From Mobula hypostoma (lineage: Eukaryota), in the NCBI RefSeq assembly GCF_963921235.1, contig NC_086108.1:1550001-1614000 (forward strand): 64,000 bases of DNA, in the 5' to 3' direction. The notes under the pieces are model-generated. The model did not search any database. It was not told the origin of the DNA and saw only the letters and a program-made list of their open reading frames with translations. This document shows, piece by piece, positions 12,880-25,469 of this stretch; within the stretch, counting starts at the first letter, position 1, and the number at the start of each line of letters is the position of its first letter. A program made the position numbers and the translations under genes.

Positions 12880-13880
12880 CAAGCGACATAGGCAGTAACA
12901 AGTCTTCAATTCCCGATGAACTCAATGCCTTCTATGCTCGCTTTGACTGTTAAACCATCATGAACTCCCACAGCCACGGATGATCCTGTGATTTCAGTCT
13001 GAGGCTGACGTCGAGCAGCCTTCCGGAGGGTGAAGCCACGAAAAGCATCCGGCCCAGACGGATACCTGGCCAAATACTGAAGACCTGTGCTGATCAAGTG
13101 GCTGGAGTGCTCACTGCAATTTTTTAACTCTTTGCTTCCACAGACTGAGGCGCCCAGCTGCTTTACACAGGCTTCAACTACAAGAGCACCCAAGGAGAGC
13201 GTGCTGGCCTGCCTCACTGACCATCAACCCGTAACATTCACATCCACAGTGACAAAGTGTTTTCAGAGCTTGGTGATGAAACACACCAACTCCTGTTTGA
13301 GTAGTGACTCAGATCTGCTCCAATTTGCCCACCACAGCAGATGCTACCTCACTGGCTCTTCACACAACCCTGGAACATCTGGACAGCAAAGATGCAAACA
13401 TCAGGCTGCTCTTTATCAACCACAGTTCAGCATTCAGCACCATCGTCCTTCCAAAACTAGTCAACAATACTTCCTTGTGCATTGGAATCCTTGATTTCCT
13501 CACTTGCAGACCACAGTCGGTTTGGATCTGCAGAAACACGTGGCTGGATCTACAATCTCCATCAGCACGGGTGTACTGCAAGGCTGTGTGCTCAGCCTCC
13601 CGCTCTGCTCACTTCACACTTCTGACTGTCTGGCCAAGCACAGATCCACAGCCACATTCAAGCCTGCTGATGAAACCACTGCCGTGGGCCAGATCGAAGC
13701 TGGCGATGAATCAGCACACAGGAGGGAGATTGAAAATCTGGCTGACTGGTGTCCATGACAACATACTCTCACTCAGTGTCAGCGAGACCAAGGAGCTGAT
13801 TATTGACTTCAGGAGGAGCAGACCAGAGGTCTGTGAGCCACACCTCAGAGATGGAGAGTGTCAGCAACTTTAAATTTCTC
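12880..13880 (+). mobile_element. Rex1/Babar-like LINE RT fragment
   Basis: [42 protein letters not shown] (FADD-like), KELIIDFRR; frameshifted. Confidence 0.8.
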
Positions 13881-16419
13881 CATGTTATTAACCATTGATT
13901 CTGTTAGGGTTATCATTCTGCTATGGATTTATTGAGAATGCCTGCAGGAAAATGAATCTCAGGGTTTTATATGGTGATAATAAATTTATCAAAGCACGTA
14001 TATCAAAGAAAAAGTATTTCAGGATGTATATTGTATACATTTCTCTGACATTAAATTGGACCTTTGAACTTTGACTCCTGTGCCTGGCACAGGTGTAACC
14101 AGCCCCACCTTCCCGGAGGAAGAACAAATCAGGCACAAGAGCCTCGGCCGGATTCGGGAAATGATCGACACGCTGAATGCTCCTGGGGGTGCCTGGAGAG
14201 CTTGGCACTCTTCTCGGTGGCTCGGTCACATGCCTTCCCACCTCCCCGTTTCAGTGGCTGGACTTGTCAAACAGCATTCCCGACCCCGAGTCGCTCTTCG
14301 TGCTCGGGGTTTTTGCTGGAAGTTTTCAAGGCCGGAGATCATTCGCCCCAACAGATCTATGCCTACTCTTCATGCGACTAACCCAACACTCCCGCCAATC
14401 TTCCCATCCCACAACAAGAGAAATATAAAGATACAGCCAGAAACTTCTCTTTTGAAAGTTGTACACAAATGTTCAAATATTACAATAAATCTCAGTCAGA
14501 GAGAGATACAGCATGACAACAAACAGAATTACTCCATATGACTTACTTACTAACCCTAATCTGTACAGCTTTCGAATACAGGAGGTCACGGTGGGAATTG
14601 AACCCAGGTCACCGGTGCTCTGGTAGTGTTATGCCACGCCACAATGCTACAACCCCCCACACCCCACCGTCATCAGCTCCCGCCAGATTCTACCCCTCAC
14701 GCACACACCGGGGTAACCTGCAGCAGTCGGTTAAGCCGCCAACCTGCACGCCTTTGGGGATATAGGAAGAAAGATGGTGCCAAAGGTTTTCTTTTCTCCC
14801 ATCTTTCCTTTCTTTTCAAGGTGGCTGTGGTCCTGTCAGAGACCGTAATCTGCAGCTACAGCTCAAACATGGGCAGCCTGGCGTTTTGATATTTCAGGAC
14901 TCGCCGTGCATCCTGGTGTTTCGATATTCCGGGTGCAGCCTTGAAGACATGCGCTTTGTTTGGGGGGGGGGGGCTGCCTCATGAACGAGACGGCTTCTTG
15001 TCAATGTAGCCAACTGAAGTGTCGTGCCAGACAGTGCCCGGGGTGAGGATTGAACCTGGAACTCTACCCACTGTGCCACTGTTCCCTCCTCTATTATTGT
15101 TGCTATGGGTCAGACTTCAGGGAGGTTAACCTTCCGAACTAGAAGACCGATGTGCGTCCTTGGCGAGTTGGCAGAATGGGGAGGGGAGAATTGTGGGATC
15201 CTAGAGGCCGGGTGGTGAGAGAATACGGTTATTGAACACACCAGCCTGTTGCTCAACTTAACACCCACATTGCAACCATTTTAGGCAAGAAAGGTGAGGT
15301 GAAAGAGTTCAAAGTACAATTATTATCGAAGTATGTATGCAGTATACAACCCTGAGATTCATCTTCCCCACAGACAACCACGAAACAAAGAAACACCATT
15401 GAACCCGTTCAAATGAAAACATCAAACACCCAACGTACGAATAAAAGAATAAATTGTACAAATGGCAAAAAAAATGAGCAAGAAACAATATTAAACATCA
15501 AACTGCGTAGTCCTTGAAACAGTCTAGGAATGTTCAGTTCAGTTTAGCGCTGCCCCGCTCGTTGGCTGCAGTCCTCCTCGATCAAAGTCACACAAAATGG
15601 CAACTTAAAACAAGTAACCAGAAACACACCACTACATGAACAACACAGTCCGATCCACAAAGCACATTGCTTAAACCTTGCCCAAGACTTGCAATCAACA
15701 TTGAGAAGCTCCCGTCTCTGGCTTTTAGATGAAAGATTAGCTTTATTTGTCACATGTACATCAACGCATACAGCGAGATGCTCCGTTTGCATCAAATCAA
15801 AGCAGCGGGGATGTGCTGGGGGCAGCCCACAAGTTTCACCATGCTTCTGGCACCAAAACAGCATGCCCACAACTTACTAATGCTAATTTCTACACCTTAG
15901 AAGTGTGGGAGGAACCGGAAGATACGCACAGTCATGAGGAGAATATACAAACTCCTTAAAGGCAGTGACAGGAATTGAACCCCCGACTGGAGATTTGTGG
16001 TGCTGTAAAGCAATTATGGCCTAACCATTATGTTACTGTACCACCTTGGGTATTAAAAACAAAAATATTGCTCCAAGGACATGGACTATACTGGAAAAAG
16101 TGATGAATAAATTTGGCCAGGATTCACTTAAAAGGCAGACAGAGCATTAACAAAGGACACTTTGGAACTAGAAGGCCATTGGACTCAAGGATTGCCCTGC
16201 CATTTAATGATATCATGACTGATATTTGCCAGCTTCACCTCCTCTTGGCTTCATAAAACTATCCAGCACATTTGAACAATTTATTCTTTTATTCGTACGT
16301 TGGGTGTTTGAAGGATGCAGTGGCATCCTTCCTACAAGTGTGCCCAGAACTGTTCACGGTACTCCACAAAGTTTCTTCTGCACCCCCAGTCCCCTGAACT
16401 TTCAAACATTTACTCTCCC

Positions 16420-16960
16420 ATTGTCACAATCAGAGTCAGGCATGTGTCATGAAACTTGTTCTTTGCAGCAGCAGTACAATGCAATATATAATAATGAAAC
16501 TATAAATTACAGTAAATATATAAAAAAGTTAAATTAAATAAGTAGTGCAAAAATAATAATCGTTCATGTGTTCAATATCCATTCAGGAATCAGATGGCAG
16601 AGGGAGAGAAGCTGTTCCTGAATCGTTCAGTATGTGTCTTCAGGCTCCTGTACCTCCTCCCTGATGGTAGCAATGAGAAGAGGGCACGTCCTGGCTGACG
16701 GGGGTCCTCAATGATGGATGCTGCCATTTTGAGGCATCGCTTCTCCTGGATACCGGGGAGGCTAGTACCCATGATGGAGCTGACAGAGTTTACAACTTTC
16801 CGCAGCTTTTTGTGATCCTGAGCAATGCCTCCCCCACTCCCCCTTCCCTCACCAGACGGTGAATCAGCCAGCTAGAACGCTCTCCACAGCATATCTGTCA
16901 AAATTTGCAAGCGTCTTTGGTGACATACCAAATCTCCTCAAACTCCTAATCAAGTACAGC
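16420..16960 (-). mobile_element. Rex1-like LINE 3' fragment
   Basis: LFSLLPSGRRYRSLKTHTERFRNSFSPSAI, the typical C-terminus of this clade. Confidence 0.75.
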
Positions 16961-17494
16961 CTGCATTGTCATTCAACACGAAGGGAGTCCAGAACTTGCA
17001 CCCCTTCAGCTATCTGGGTCCCAGTGTTATCAGAGGGTCAGAGGTCCAGAGGGGGATGAAAGCTGGCAAGGATCTGTAGACAGAGATGAACAGCACAAAC
17101 TTGGGGTGGCACATAGCATAGCACCTTACAGCGCCAGCAACGTGGGCTCAATACCCACCTTGGTCTGTATTTAGTTTTGTACATTCTCACTGCGACCACG
17201 TGGGTTTCCTCCGAGTGCTACAGTTTCCTCCCACATTCCAAAGACATACAGATTAGGTTTAGTAAGCTGTGGGCATACTTTGTTGGTGCCGGAAACATGG
17301 CGACACTTGCAGGTTGCCTCCAGCACACCCTTGGACAGTGTTGGTTGTTGACACAAATGACACATTTCACTCTGTGTTCTGAAGTACATGATTCTTTAAG
17401 GTTGTTATAGACGGGGGTGGTAACAGGGACGAGCTCCCACTACCTAGTAAATGTTCCCAATAATGTGTGACTCAAATAGCCTCTAACAAGCAGG

Positions 17495-20205
17495 TTCCAG
17501 ATGTGTCAGAAAGGACAGGGAGGGAGGCAAAAGAGGTGGGGGTGTGGCACTGTTGATCAGAGATAGTGTCACGGCTGCAGAAAAGGAGGAAGTCATGGAG
17601 GGATTGTCTACAGAGTCTCTGTGGATGGAAGTTAGGAACAAACAGGAAGGGTCAATAACTCTACTGGGTGTTTTTTATAGACCTCCCAATGGTAACAGGG
17701 ACATCGAGGAGCAGATAGAGAGACAGATTCTGGAAAGGTTTAAAAGTAACAGGGTCATTGTGGTGGGAGATATTAATTCCCCAAATATTGATTGACATCT
17801 TCCTAGAGAAAGGGGTTTTGATGGAGTGGAGTTTGTTAGGTTTCTTCAGGAAGGTTTTCAGACACAATATGTAGATAAGCCTACAAGAGGAGAGGCTTTG
17901 GTATTGGGAAATGAACCTGGTCAGGTGTTAGATCTCGGTGGGAGAGCATTTTGAAGATAGTGATCATAATTCTGTCTCCTTTACCATAGCATTGGACAGG
18001 GATAGGAACAGACAAGTTAGGAAAGTGTTTAATTGGAGTAAGGGGAAATATGAGGATATCAGGCAGGAACTTGGAACCATAAATTGGGAACAGATGTTCT
18101 CAGGGAAATGTACAGAAGAAATGTGGCAAATGTTCAGGGGATATTTGTGTGGAGTTCTGCATAAGTTTGTTCCAATGAGACAGGGAAAGGATGGTAGTGT
18201 ACAGGAACTGTGGTGTACAAAGGCTGTTGTAAATCTGGTCAAGGAGAAAAGAAGAGCTTATGAAAGGTTCAAAAAACTTGGTAATGATAGAGATCTGGAA
18301 GATTATAAAGCTAGCAGGAAGGAGCTTAAAAAAGAAATCAGGAGAGCCAGAAGGGGCCATGAGAAGGCCTTGGCGGGCAGGATTAAGGAAAACCCCAAGG
18401 CATTCTACAAGTATGTGAAGAGCAAGAGGTTAAGATGTGAGAGAATAGGACCAAGTGTGACAGTGGAAAAGTGTGTATGGAACCGGAGGAGATAGGAGAG
18501 GTACTTAATGAGTACTTTGCTTCAGTATTCACTTTGGAAAAGGATCTTGGCGATTATAGGGATGACTTACAGCAGACTGAAATTCTTGAGAATGAAGATA
18601 TTAAGAAAGAGGATGTGCTGGAGCTTTTGGAAAGCATCAAGTTGGATAAGTCACCGGGACTGGACGAGATGTACCCAGGATACTGTGGGAGGTGAGGGAG
18701 GAGATTGCTGAGCCTCTGTCGATGATCTTTGCATCATCAATGGGGACGGGAGAGGTTCCAGAGGATTGGAGGGTTGCAGATGTTGTTCCATTATTATAGA
18801 AAGGGAGTAGAGATAGTCCAGGAATTTATAGACTAGTGAGTCTTACTTCAGTGGTTGGTAAGTTGATGGAGAAGATCCTGAGAGGCAGAATTTATGAACA
18901 TTTGGAGAAACATAGTATGATTAGGAGCAGTTAGCATGGCTTTGCCTTAGGAGCTTGATTGAATTTTTTGAGGATGTGACTAAACACATTGATGAAGGTA
19001 GAGCAGTAAATGTAGTGTATATGGATTTCAGCAAGGCATTTGATAAGGTACCCCATGCAGGGCTTATTGAGAAAGTAAGGAGGCATGGGATCCAAGGGCA
19101 CTTTGCTTTGTGGATCCAGAACTGGCTTGCCCACAGAAGACAAAGAGTGGTTGTAGACGGGTCATATTCTGCATGGAGGTCGCTGACCAGTGGTGTGCCT
19201 CAGGGATCTGTTCTGGGACCCCTACTCTTTGTGATTTTTATAAATGACCTGGATGAGGAAGTGGAGGGATGGGTTAGTAAATTTGCTGATGACACAAAGG
19301 TTGGAGGTGTTGTGGATAGTGTGGAGGGCTGTCAGAAGTTACAGCGGGACATTGATAGGGTGCAAAACTGGGCTGAGCAGTGGCAGATGGAGTTCAACCC
19401 AGAGAAGTGGGAGGTGGTTCATTTTGGTAGGTCAAATATGATGGCAGAATATAGTATTAATGGTAAGACTCTTGGCAGTGTGGAGGATCAGAGGGACCTT
19501 GGGGTCCTAGGCCATAGGACACTCAAAGCTGCTGAGCAGATTGACTCTGTGGTTAAGGCGGCATACCGTGCATTGGCCTTCATCAATTGTGGGATTGAGT
19601 TTAGGAGCCAAGAAGTAATGTTGCAGCTATATACAGTAGGACCCTGGTCAGACCCCACTTGGAGTACTGTGCTCAGTTCTGGTCACCTCACTACAGGAAG
19701 GATGTGGAAATCATAGAAAAGGTACAGAGGAGATTTACAAGGATGTTGCCTGGATTGGAAAGCATGCCTTATGAGAATAGGTTGAGTGAACTCGGCCTTT
19801 TCTCCTTCAAGTGATTGAGGATGAGAGTTGACCTGATAGAGGTGTATAAGATGATGAGAGACATTGATCGTGTGAATAATCAGAGGCTTTTTCCCCAGGG
19901 CTGAAATGGCTAGTACGAGAGGGCACAGTTTTAAGGTGCTTGGAAGTAGGTACAGAGGAGATGTCAGGGGTAAGCTTTGTTTTTAAAAAATGCAAAGAGT
20001 GGTGAGTGTGTGGAATGGGCTGCCGGCGACGGTGGTGGAGGGGGATACAATAGGGTCTTTTAAGAGACACCTGGATAGGTACATGGAGTTTAGAAAAAAA
20101 TAGAGGGCTATGGGTAACCCTAGGTAGTTTCTAAGGTAAGGACATGTTCGGCACAGCTTTGTGGGCCGAAGGGCCTGTATTGTGCTGTAGGTTTTCTGTG
20201 TTTCT
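17495..20205 (+). mobile_element. CR1-type LINE, 5'-truncated, disrupted ORF2 (endonuclease + RT)
   Basis: LLGVFYRPPN and VIVVGDINSP (APE endonuclease), VYMDFSKAFDKVPH, SGVPQGSVLGPLLF, SKFADDTKV (RT). Broken by stops and frameshifts; CR1-type 3' tail GTGGGCCGAAGGGCCTGT...TTCTA. Confidence 0.95.
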
Positions 20206-21834
20206 AACCAAGTCCAGCTCCTGGCCTTCATGTGTAGCTTAGCTACTAAGCCCAGTAGAACCGTTTCTAGTGACAGGAGAAGGAGCAAAGGCGGGTTACT
20301 GGTGCCTTAGAACCAGTCACTTCAGGCAGATGGGGCTCATCAGCCGTGGTTGGCAGCTCACCTAGGAGAAGGAAAACTCTAATCTCAAACTTCCGCTGCC
20401 TTGCAGCTACATGGGGAAGGCTTCAGGAATAAGCCCCAAGGAAAAAATCCAGAGCTGGAGTCCCCAAGTCCTACATTGAATTCAACACCAACTGACAATT
20501 CCAGAGACAGCACTGGTGCCAAACTGCATCGGTATCTGCCATTCCTTTGCATTCAGCAGATGAGTGGAGAGGGGGGAGCTTGCTACATTGACCACAGTTT
20601 GCTCTCCATATTGTACTGCCCTGACCTGTGTATCTAGACAACTAGGCGCAACATCCTTGATTGACCCTGACTAATGGAGTCCTCAGGCATCTGACAAATA
20701 AAGCTAATCTTTCTCTTTCTCTCATTACTTAACGGGGGAATGGTGAAGGCTGGAAGGCATGTTATGGTAAGGGGATGAGCAAGTCAGTGCAATGCATCGT
20801 GGGAGAATCACAGCCAGGTTTCCAAGGATACTGGATAGAGGTGGAAGTAATTATGAGGATTGTACACTGGGAGGAATGCAAAGCTTTTCCCAGCTAAAAG
20901 AGAGGGGAAAGGGGTTTAGAGGAGAGCAGAAAAAAGGTGTTTGTGGAACACGTTCCCTGAGGCAGTGTTGGAGGCAAAGGCTCACGCAATGTTCAGCAAT
21001 TATGTGGAGTGGTGGAATCACACAGATGTAGGAAAAGTCCAAAGTTAGAGACGGAACGTCTGCGTGCCTGAGGCTCCAGGGCCAGCGGTGGCCTCTTCTG
21101 GGTTTGGTGATGCAAGAACACAAAATATGGGTGGGCAAGTGTGAAAACAACTCATTTTGCTGTACATAAACACAACAGGTTCCGCAGATGCTGGAGATCC
21201 AGAGAAACACACGCAAAATGCTGGAGGAACTCAGCAGATCAGGTAGCAGCTATCGAAAGGAATAAACTGTCGACATTTTGAGCTAAGTCCCTTCATCAGG
21301 ACTGGAAAGGAAGGGAGCAGATGGCTCGACAAGAACACGAGAGATCCTGAAGATGCTGGAAATCCCAAGCAACACACACAAGATGCTGGGGAACTCAGCA
21401 GGTCAGGCAACATCTATGGAAAAAGAATACAGTCGATATTTCGGGCCGAAACCATTCAGCAGGACTGGAGAAAAAAATAAGACGAGGAGTAGACTTAAAA
21501 GATGAGGGAGGGGAAAGAGAACCACTTAGTGATAGGTGAAACCTGAAATGTCGGGGTGGGGGATGAAGCAAAGAGCTGGGAAGTTGATTGGTGAGATAAG
21601 GTGAGAGAGGGAACAGGGGCTGGGAAATGGAGAGGGAGGGGGTTGGGGGGCATAATGCTTCAACGTATATATGAGAAACAAATCTGAATCGGAGTCTGAG
21701 ATGGGAGAAAATCTCTAGAGTAGGGGTTAATGGTATTGGTCCATGGCATAGAAATGACTGCGGACCCCTGTGATAGACCCAAGTAGTTGATGGCAACTAT
21801 CAAGCATCCATTTTTTTTTGCAATGTTCTCAGTA

Positions 21835-22175
21835 CTAGTCATAGTCATAGTCATACTTTATTGATCCCGGGGGAAATTGGTTTTCGTTACAGTTGCACCA
21901 TAAATAATAAATAGTAATAGAAATAGAAATAGTAATATTACTATTAGTAAATAGTAAATAGTAATAGTCATGGAAATAATAAATAGTAATAGAAAAATAG
22001 TAATAAATAGTTAAGTAGTAATATGTAAATTCTGCCAGTAGATTATGAAATAAGTCCAGGACCAGCCTATTGGCTCAGGGTGTCTGACCCTCCATGGGAG
22101 GAGTTGTAAAGTTTGATGGCCACAGGCAGGAATGACTTCCTATGACGCTCCGTGCTGCATCTCGGAGGAATGAGA
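21835..22175 (-). mobile_element. LINE 3' end with (TATGAC)n tail and internal AATAGT-rich low-complexity tract
   Basis: Minus strand ends ...GGGATCAATAAAG(TATGAC)3; AATAGT repeats at 21900-22020. Confidence 0.6.
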
Positions 22176-22299
22176 TGTCCCACTTTACCCTTCCCATTAA
22201 CTCACCCTTTGAACTGGAATCACAGGAAGAAGACTAGAACACAAACGGTGAATGGAACTACTGCCTGCTACTCCCTCATTGGAAATTCACCCTTACAGT

Positions 22300-22885
22300 G
22301 TTTGCCGAGCTTGGCAATTAGCTTGCAGACGTTTCATCACCAGTTGAGGTGACATCCTTAGTGTGCAATTGTTGGTGTTTCCCTCTGGCAGTGCTCGTGT
22401 TTATATAGGACCCCGTTCACTTGCCTTGGTCCTGACTGGCTACCCCTTCAGCTGACCTTTGAATTTTACTGCCTCACATTTCTTTGGCTCTAAGGGGTTC
22501 ATAGATGGCATCTATTTCGATATGTTTGCTTACGGAGTTATCAGTAGAGAACACGCTTCTAAAAATTCTTGTGCCTGCTTCGTGTTTGCCTGTGTCAGAA
22601 CCTCTGCTGTGTCCTATTAAAGTCGTGTCCTTCTCGGTCTTCATGTACTGAGATCAGCAACAGTGGATCATGTCTCCGTACCTCCAATTTGTGTTCCTGA
22701 AAACAAGTTCAGAGTTTACATCCTGTCTAGTCGATGTAGTTTTTTCTTGCAGTCTCCACAGGTGAACCTGTACACCACATTACTTTTGTCGGCTGTCTTC
22801 ACTAGTATCTTGGTCCTTGAGACAAGCTTCCTTAAAGTCGCGGTGGGTTTGTGAGTGATTGTGATGCCCTGAGGTTTGAGCAGTC
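22300..22885 (-). mobile_element. Penelope-like element 3' part with GIY-YIG pseudo-ORF and hammerhead-like motif
   Basis: Minus-strand translation KPTATLRKLV...KSNVVYRFTCGDCKKNYID*TG...EHK...HDP; ribozyme-like motif at 22324-22368. Confidence 0.8.
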
Positions 22886-22899
22886 AATTATATTCTTGA

Positions 22900-23919
22900 C
22901 TAGATGACGGGGTGACCCATTGGGGCACCCTTTGAGAGAAGAGTAGTGCAATCCGATGTGACCAGAATGAATATTAAATTTTCCTGAATGCTACTGGTAG
23001 CGCTTTGCTTTGGAAACTGAAGTAGAAAACCTCAGTTTATTAAAGAAGAACGACGCTTAGCAAAGCAAATATAGCTGCTCCTCATTTAACAAAGGACACT
23101 TTTGATGGCATCATTTCTGGTTTATCTGCCACCCTTGTGCCTCCTGTTGTCATTCTGGAGACATGCAGCCCTTTCATCTGCCATCTCTTCATCTCTTCTG
23201 CTGTTTGTTGTTTGTCTCTGATCCTGGAGACGTGCATGCCTCTCCTCCTCTGTCTCTTCTTCTCTCATCTTCTTTTGTCCTGACTCTTTGACCCTGGAGT
23301 CGTGTGGCCCTGGCCTAATCTGATTCTTGTTCTCTCCCTCCCCTTGCCGCTTCCCGACGACATTTGGCGTCATCGCTTGACCATAATGTCCCCCTTCCCT
23401 TTCCACGCGGCATAATTAGGCCGACCATTTTTTTTTAACCCTAATGCTGGATAGAAGATATGAAGCAGTAACACCAAAGGATGCTGATTATTCTTGATGA
23501 TGTGGTTGGTGCTCTCCTAAATGGACGTGATATAGTCACCGCTGCCCTTTGACTGCAGCAAAGGGTTTTATAGGTGTCTTGAAGTACGTCATTACAATAA
23601 GATTTAATTATCTCTTATTATCTCTTTTGCTCCGGTAGGTGTCGCTGCTGAGGCTGACCGTGCGCATGCGTCAGGCTGTCGCATCTCGATTTCTATGATG
23701 TCGGATTGGCTCTCAGGTTAAAAGGGAGCCTGTTGATTCTGGCGAATGAGCAATTTTATATGAATATATAACCCTGAACTTTGCCTGCATTCTGTAAGTT
23801 AGCGCATTTTAATTCAATTTAGCCAAAAAAGTGCCGCTGTAATGCACCGTTTGCACTAATTGGAGGTCACAATCAGACAAACAGACAGACAGAGCATGAG
23901 AGTTTTAGTAGTATATAGA
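22900..23919 (-). mobile_element. Non-autonomous Helitron with both termini (1020 bp)
   Basis: 5' TCTATATACTACTAAAA preceded by A. 3' hairpin GGGTGCCCCAATGGGTCACCC, then CGTCAT-CTAG followed by T; no target duplication. Internal disrupted ORF with REEETEEERHARLQ-type repeats. Confidence 0.85.
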
Positions 23920-23944
23920 TGTAGGGCAAGGGGGCCTGAATAAA

Positions 23945-24130
23945 TGCAAATATCTAATAAGCCAATCATGTGGCAGCAACCCAACATGTAAAAGCTAGCA
24001 CACATGGTCAAGAGGTTCAGTTGTTGTTCACACATCAGAATGGGGAAGGAATATGATCCAAGTGACTTTGACCATGAAATGATTTTTGGTGCCAGATGGG
24101 GTGGTTTGAGTATCTCAGAAACTAATGATC
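23945..24130 (+). mobile_element. Second fragment of the same Tc1-type family, opposite orientation
   Basis: MGKEYDPSDFDHEMIFGARWGGLSISET. Confidence 0.75.
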
Positions 24131-24444
24131 TTACTTTAAGGACTCTTTATCTTGTTATTTATTGTTACATTTGCATTTGCAGAGTTTGCTGTCTTCTGCA
24201 AACTGGCTGATCTTTCATTGATCCGGTTATAGTTACTAATCTATAAATTTGCTGAGTGTGCCCACAGGAAAATGAATCTCAGGGTTGTATATGGTGACGT
24301 ATATATACTCTGATCATAAAGTTCATTTTGGAAATCGGCCTGGTAATATGGAGGTCAGAGCGCCGTGGCTAGGGGGAAATCACACAATGTCAACAAATAA
24401 CACAGGTCCATTCAAAGTTCCAAGTAAACTTATTATCAGTTCCT

Positions 24445-24900
24445 ATATACTCAGTGGACACATCATTAGATGTTCTTCTGCACACCACTGTTGGAACTCA
24501 TGATTATTTGAGTTACTGTCACTAGTTTGGACATTCTCCACTGACCTTTCATTGACAAAGAGTGTTTGCCCATAGAACTGCTGCTCATTGGATTTTTTGT
24601 TGTTGTTTATCACAACATTCTCTGTAAACTCTAGAGACTGGTTATGCATGAAAATTCCCAGGGGTTCAGCAGTTTCTGAGATACTCAAACCACCCCGTCT
24701 GGCACCAACAATTATTCCATGGTCAAAATCACTTAGATCACATTTCTTCCCCATTCTGATGTTTGGTTTGAACAACTGAACCTCTTGACCATGTCTGCAT
24801 GCTTTTACGCACTGGGTTGCTGCCACATGATTGGCTTATTAGATATTGCATTTACAAGCAAGTGTATAGATGTACCTAATAAAGTGGCCACTAAGTGTAT
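24445..24900 (-). mobile_element. Tc1/mariner-type non-autonomous element
   Basis: Degenerate ~28-bp terminal inverted repeats (ACTCAGTGGACACATCATTAG ... CCTAATAAAGTGGCCACTAAGT) with TA flanks. MGKKCDLSDFDHGIIVGARRGGLSISETA resembles the Tc1 transposase N-terminal HTH. Confidence 0.8.
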
Positions 24901-25469
24901 GTCACCATATACTACCTTGAGATTCATTCACAGTAGAACAGAGAAATACAATACAATTTGTGAAAAGCTACACACAAAGACCAAGAGACAACCGATGTGC
25001 AAAATAAGGCACGCTGTGTGGAAGAGTAACATTTATTATACACACGCACACACACACGCAGTGGTGGAACGTGCTGCCAGGACTGGAGATAGAGAGGAAA
25101 TAGTCCCAATTAGACAGTATACAAACTGAAATCCTTACTCTTCAGAGCTATCCACGAAACAAGAAACCCCAAAGAATGGATGACAGAAACATCAGACCCC
25201 CAGAGACCCTCTCCCCCTCCCACGCACAAGCAGCAAAGCATCAACTCTCCCCCTACTTGTACCAGCAGAAGCTCCTTCATCTCCACTCCCCCCATCATGC
25301 AGCCAATAGTAAAGTCCCCAAAGTGACCTTGATCTAGAATCCATTCAAAACTACAGTCCAGAACCCAGACAGGCAGATACATTCGATAGACTGATGGATG
25401 ACAGAAAACTGGAGGGTTATGTGGGGAGGAAGGGTGACAGCAGTCTTGGAGGAGGTATAAAGGGTCAGT

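Noticed and set aside
18955..19716. Active reverse transcriptase gene
   Set aside because: Part of a 5'-truncated CR1 ORF2 with stops and frameshifts.
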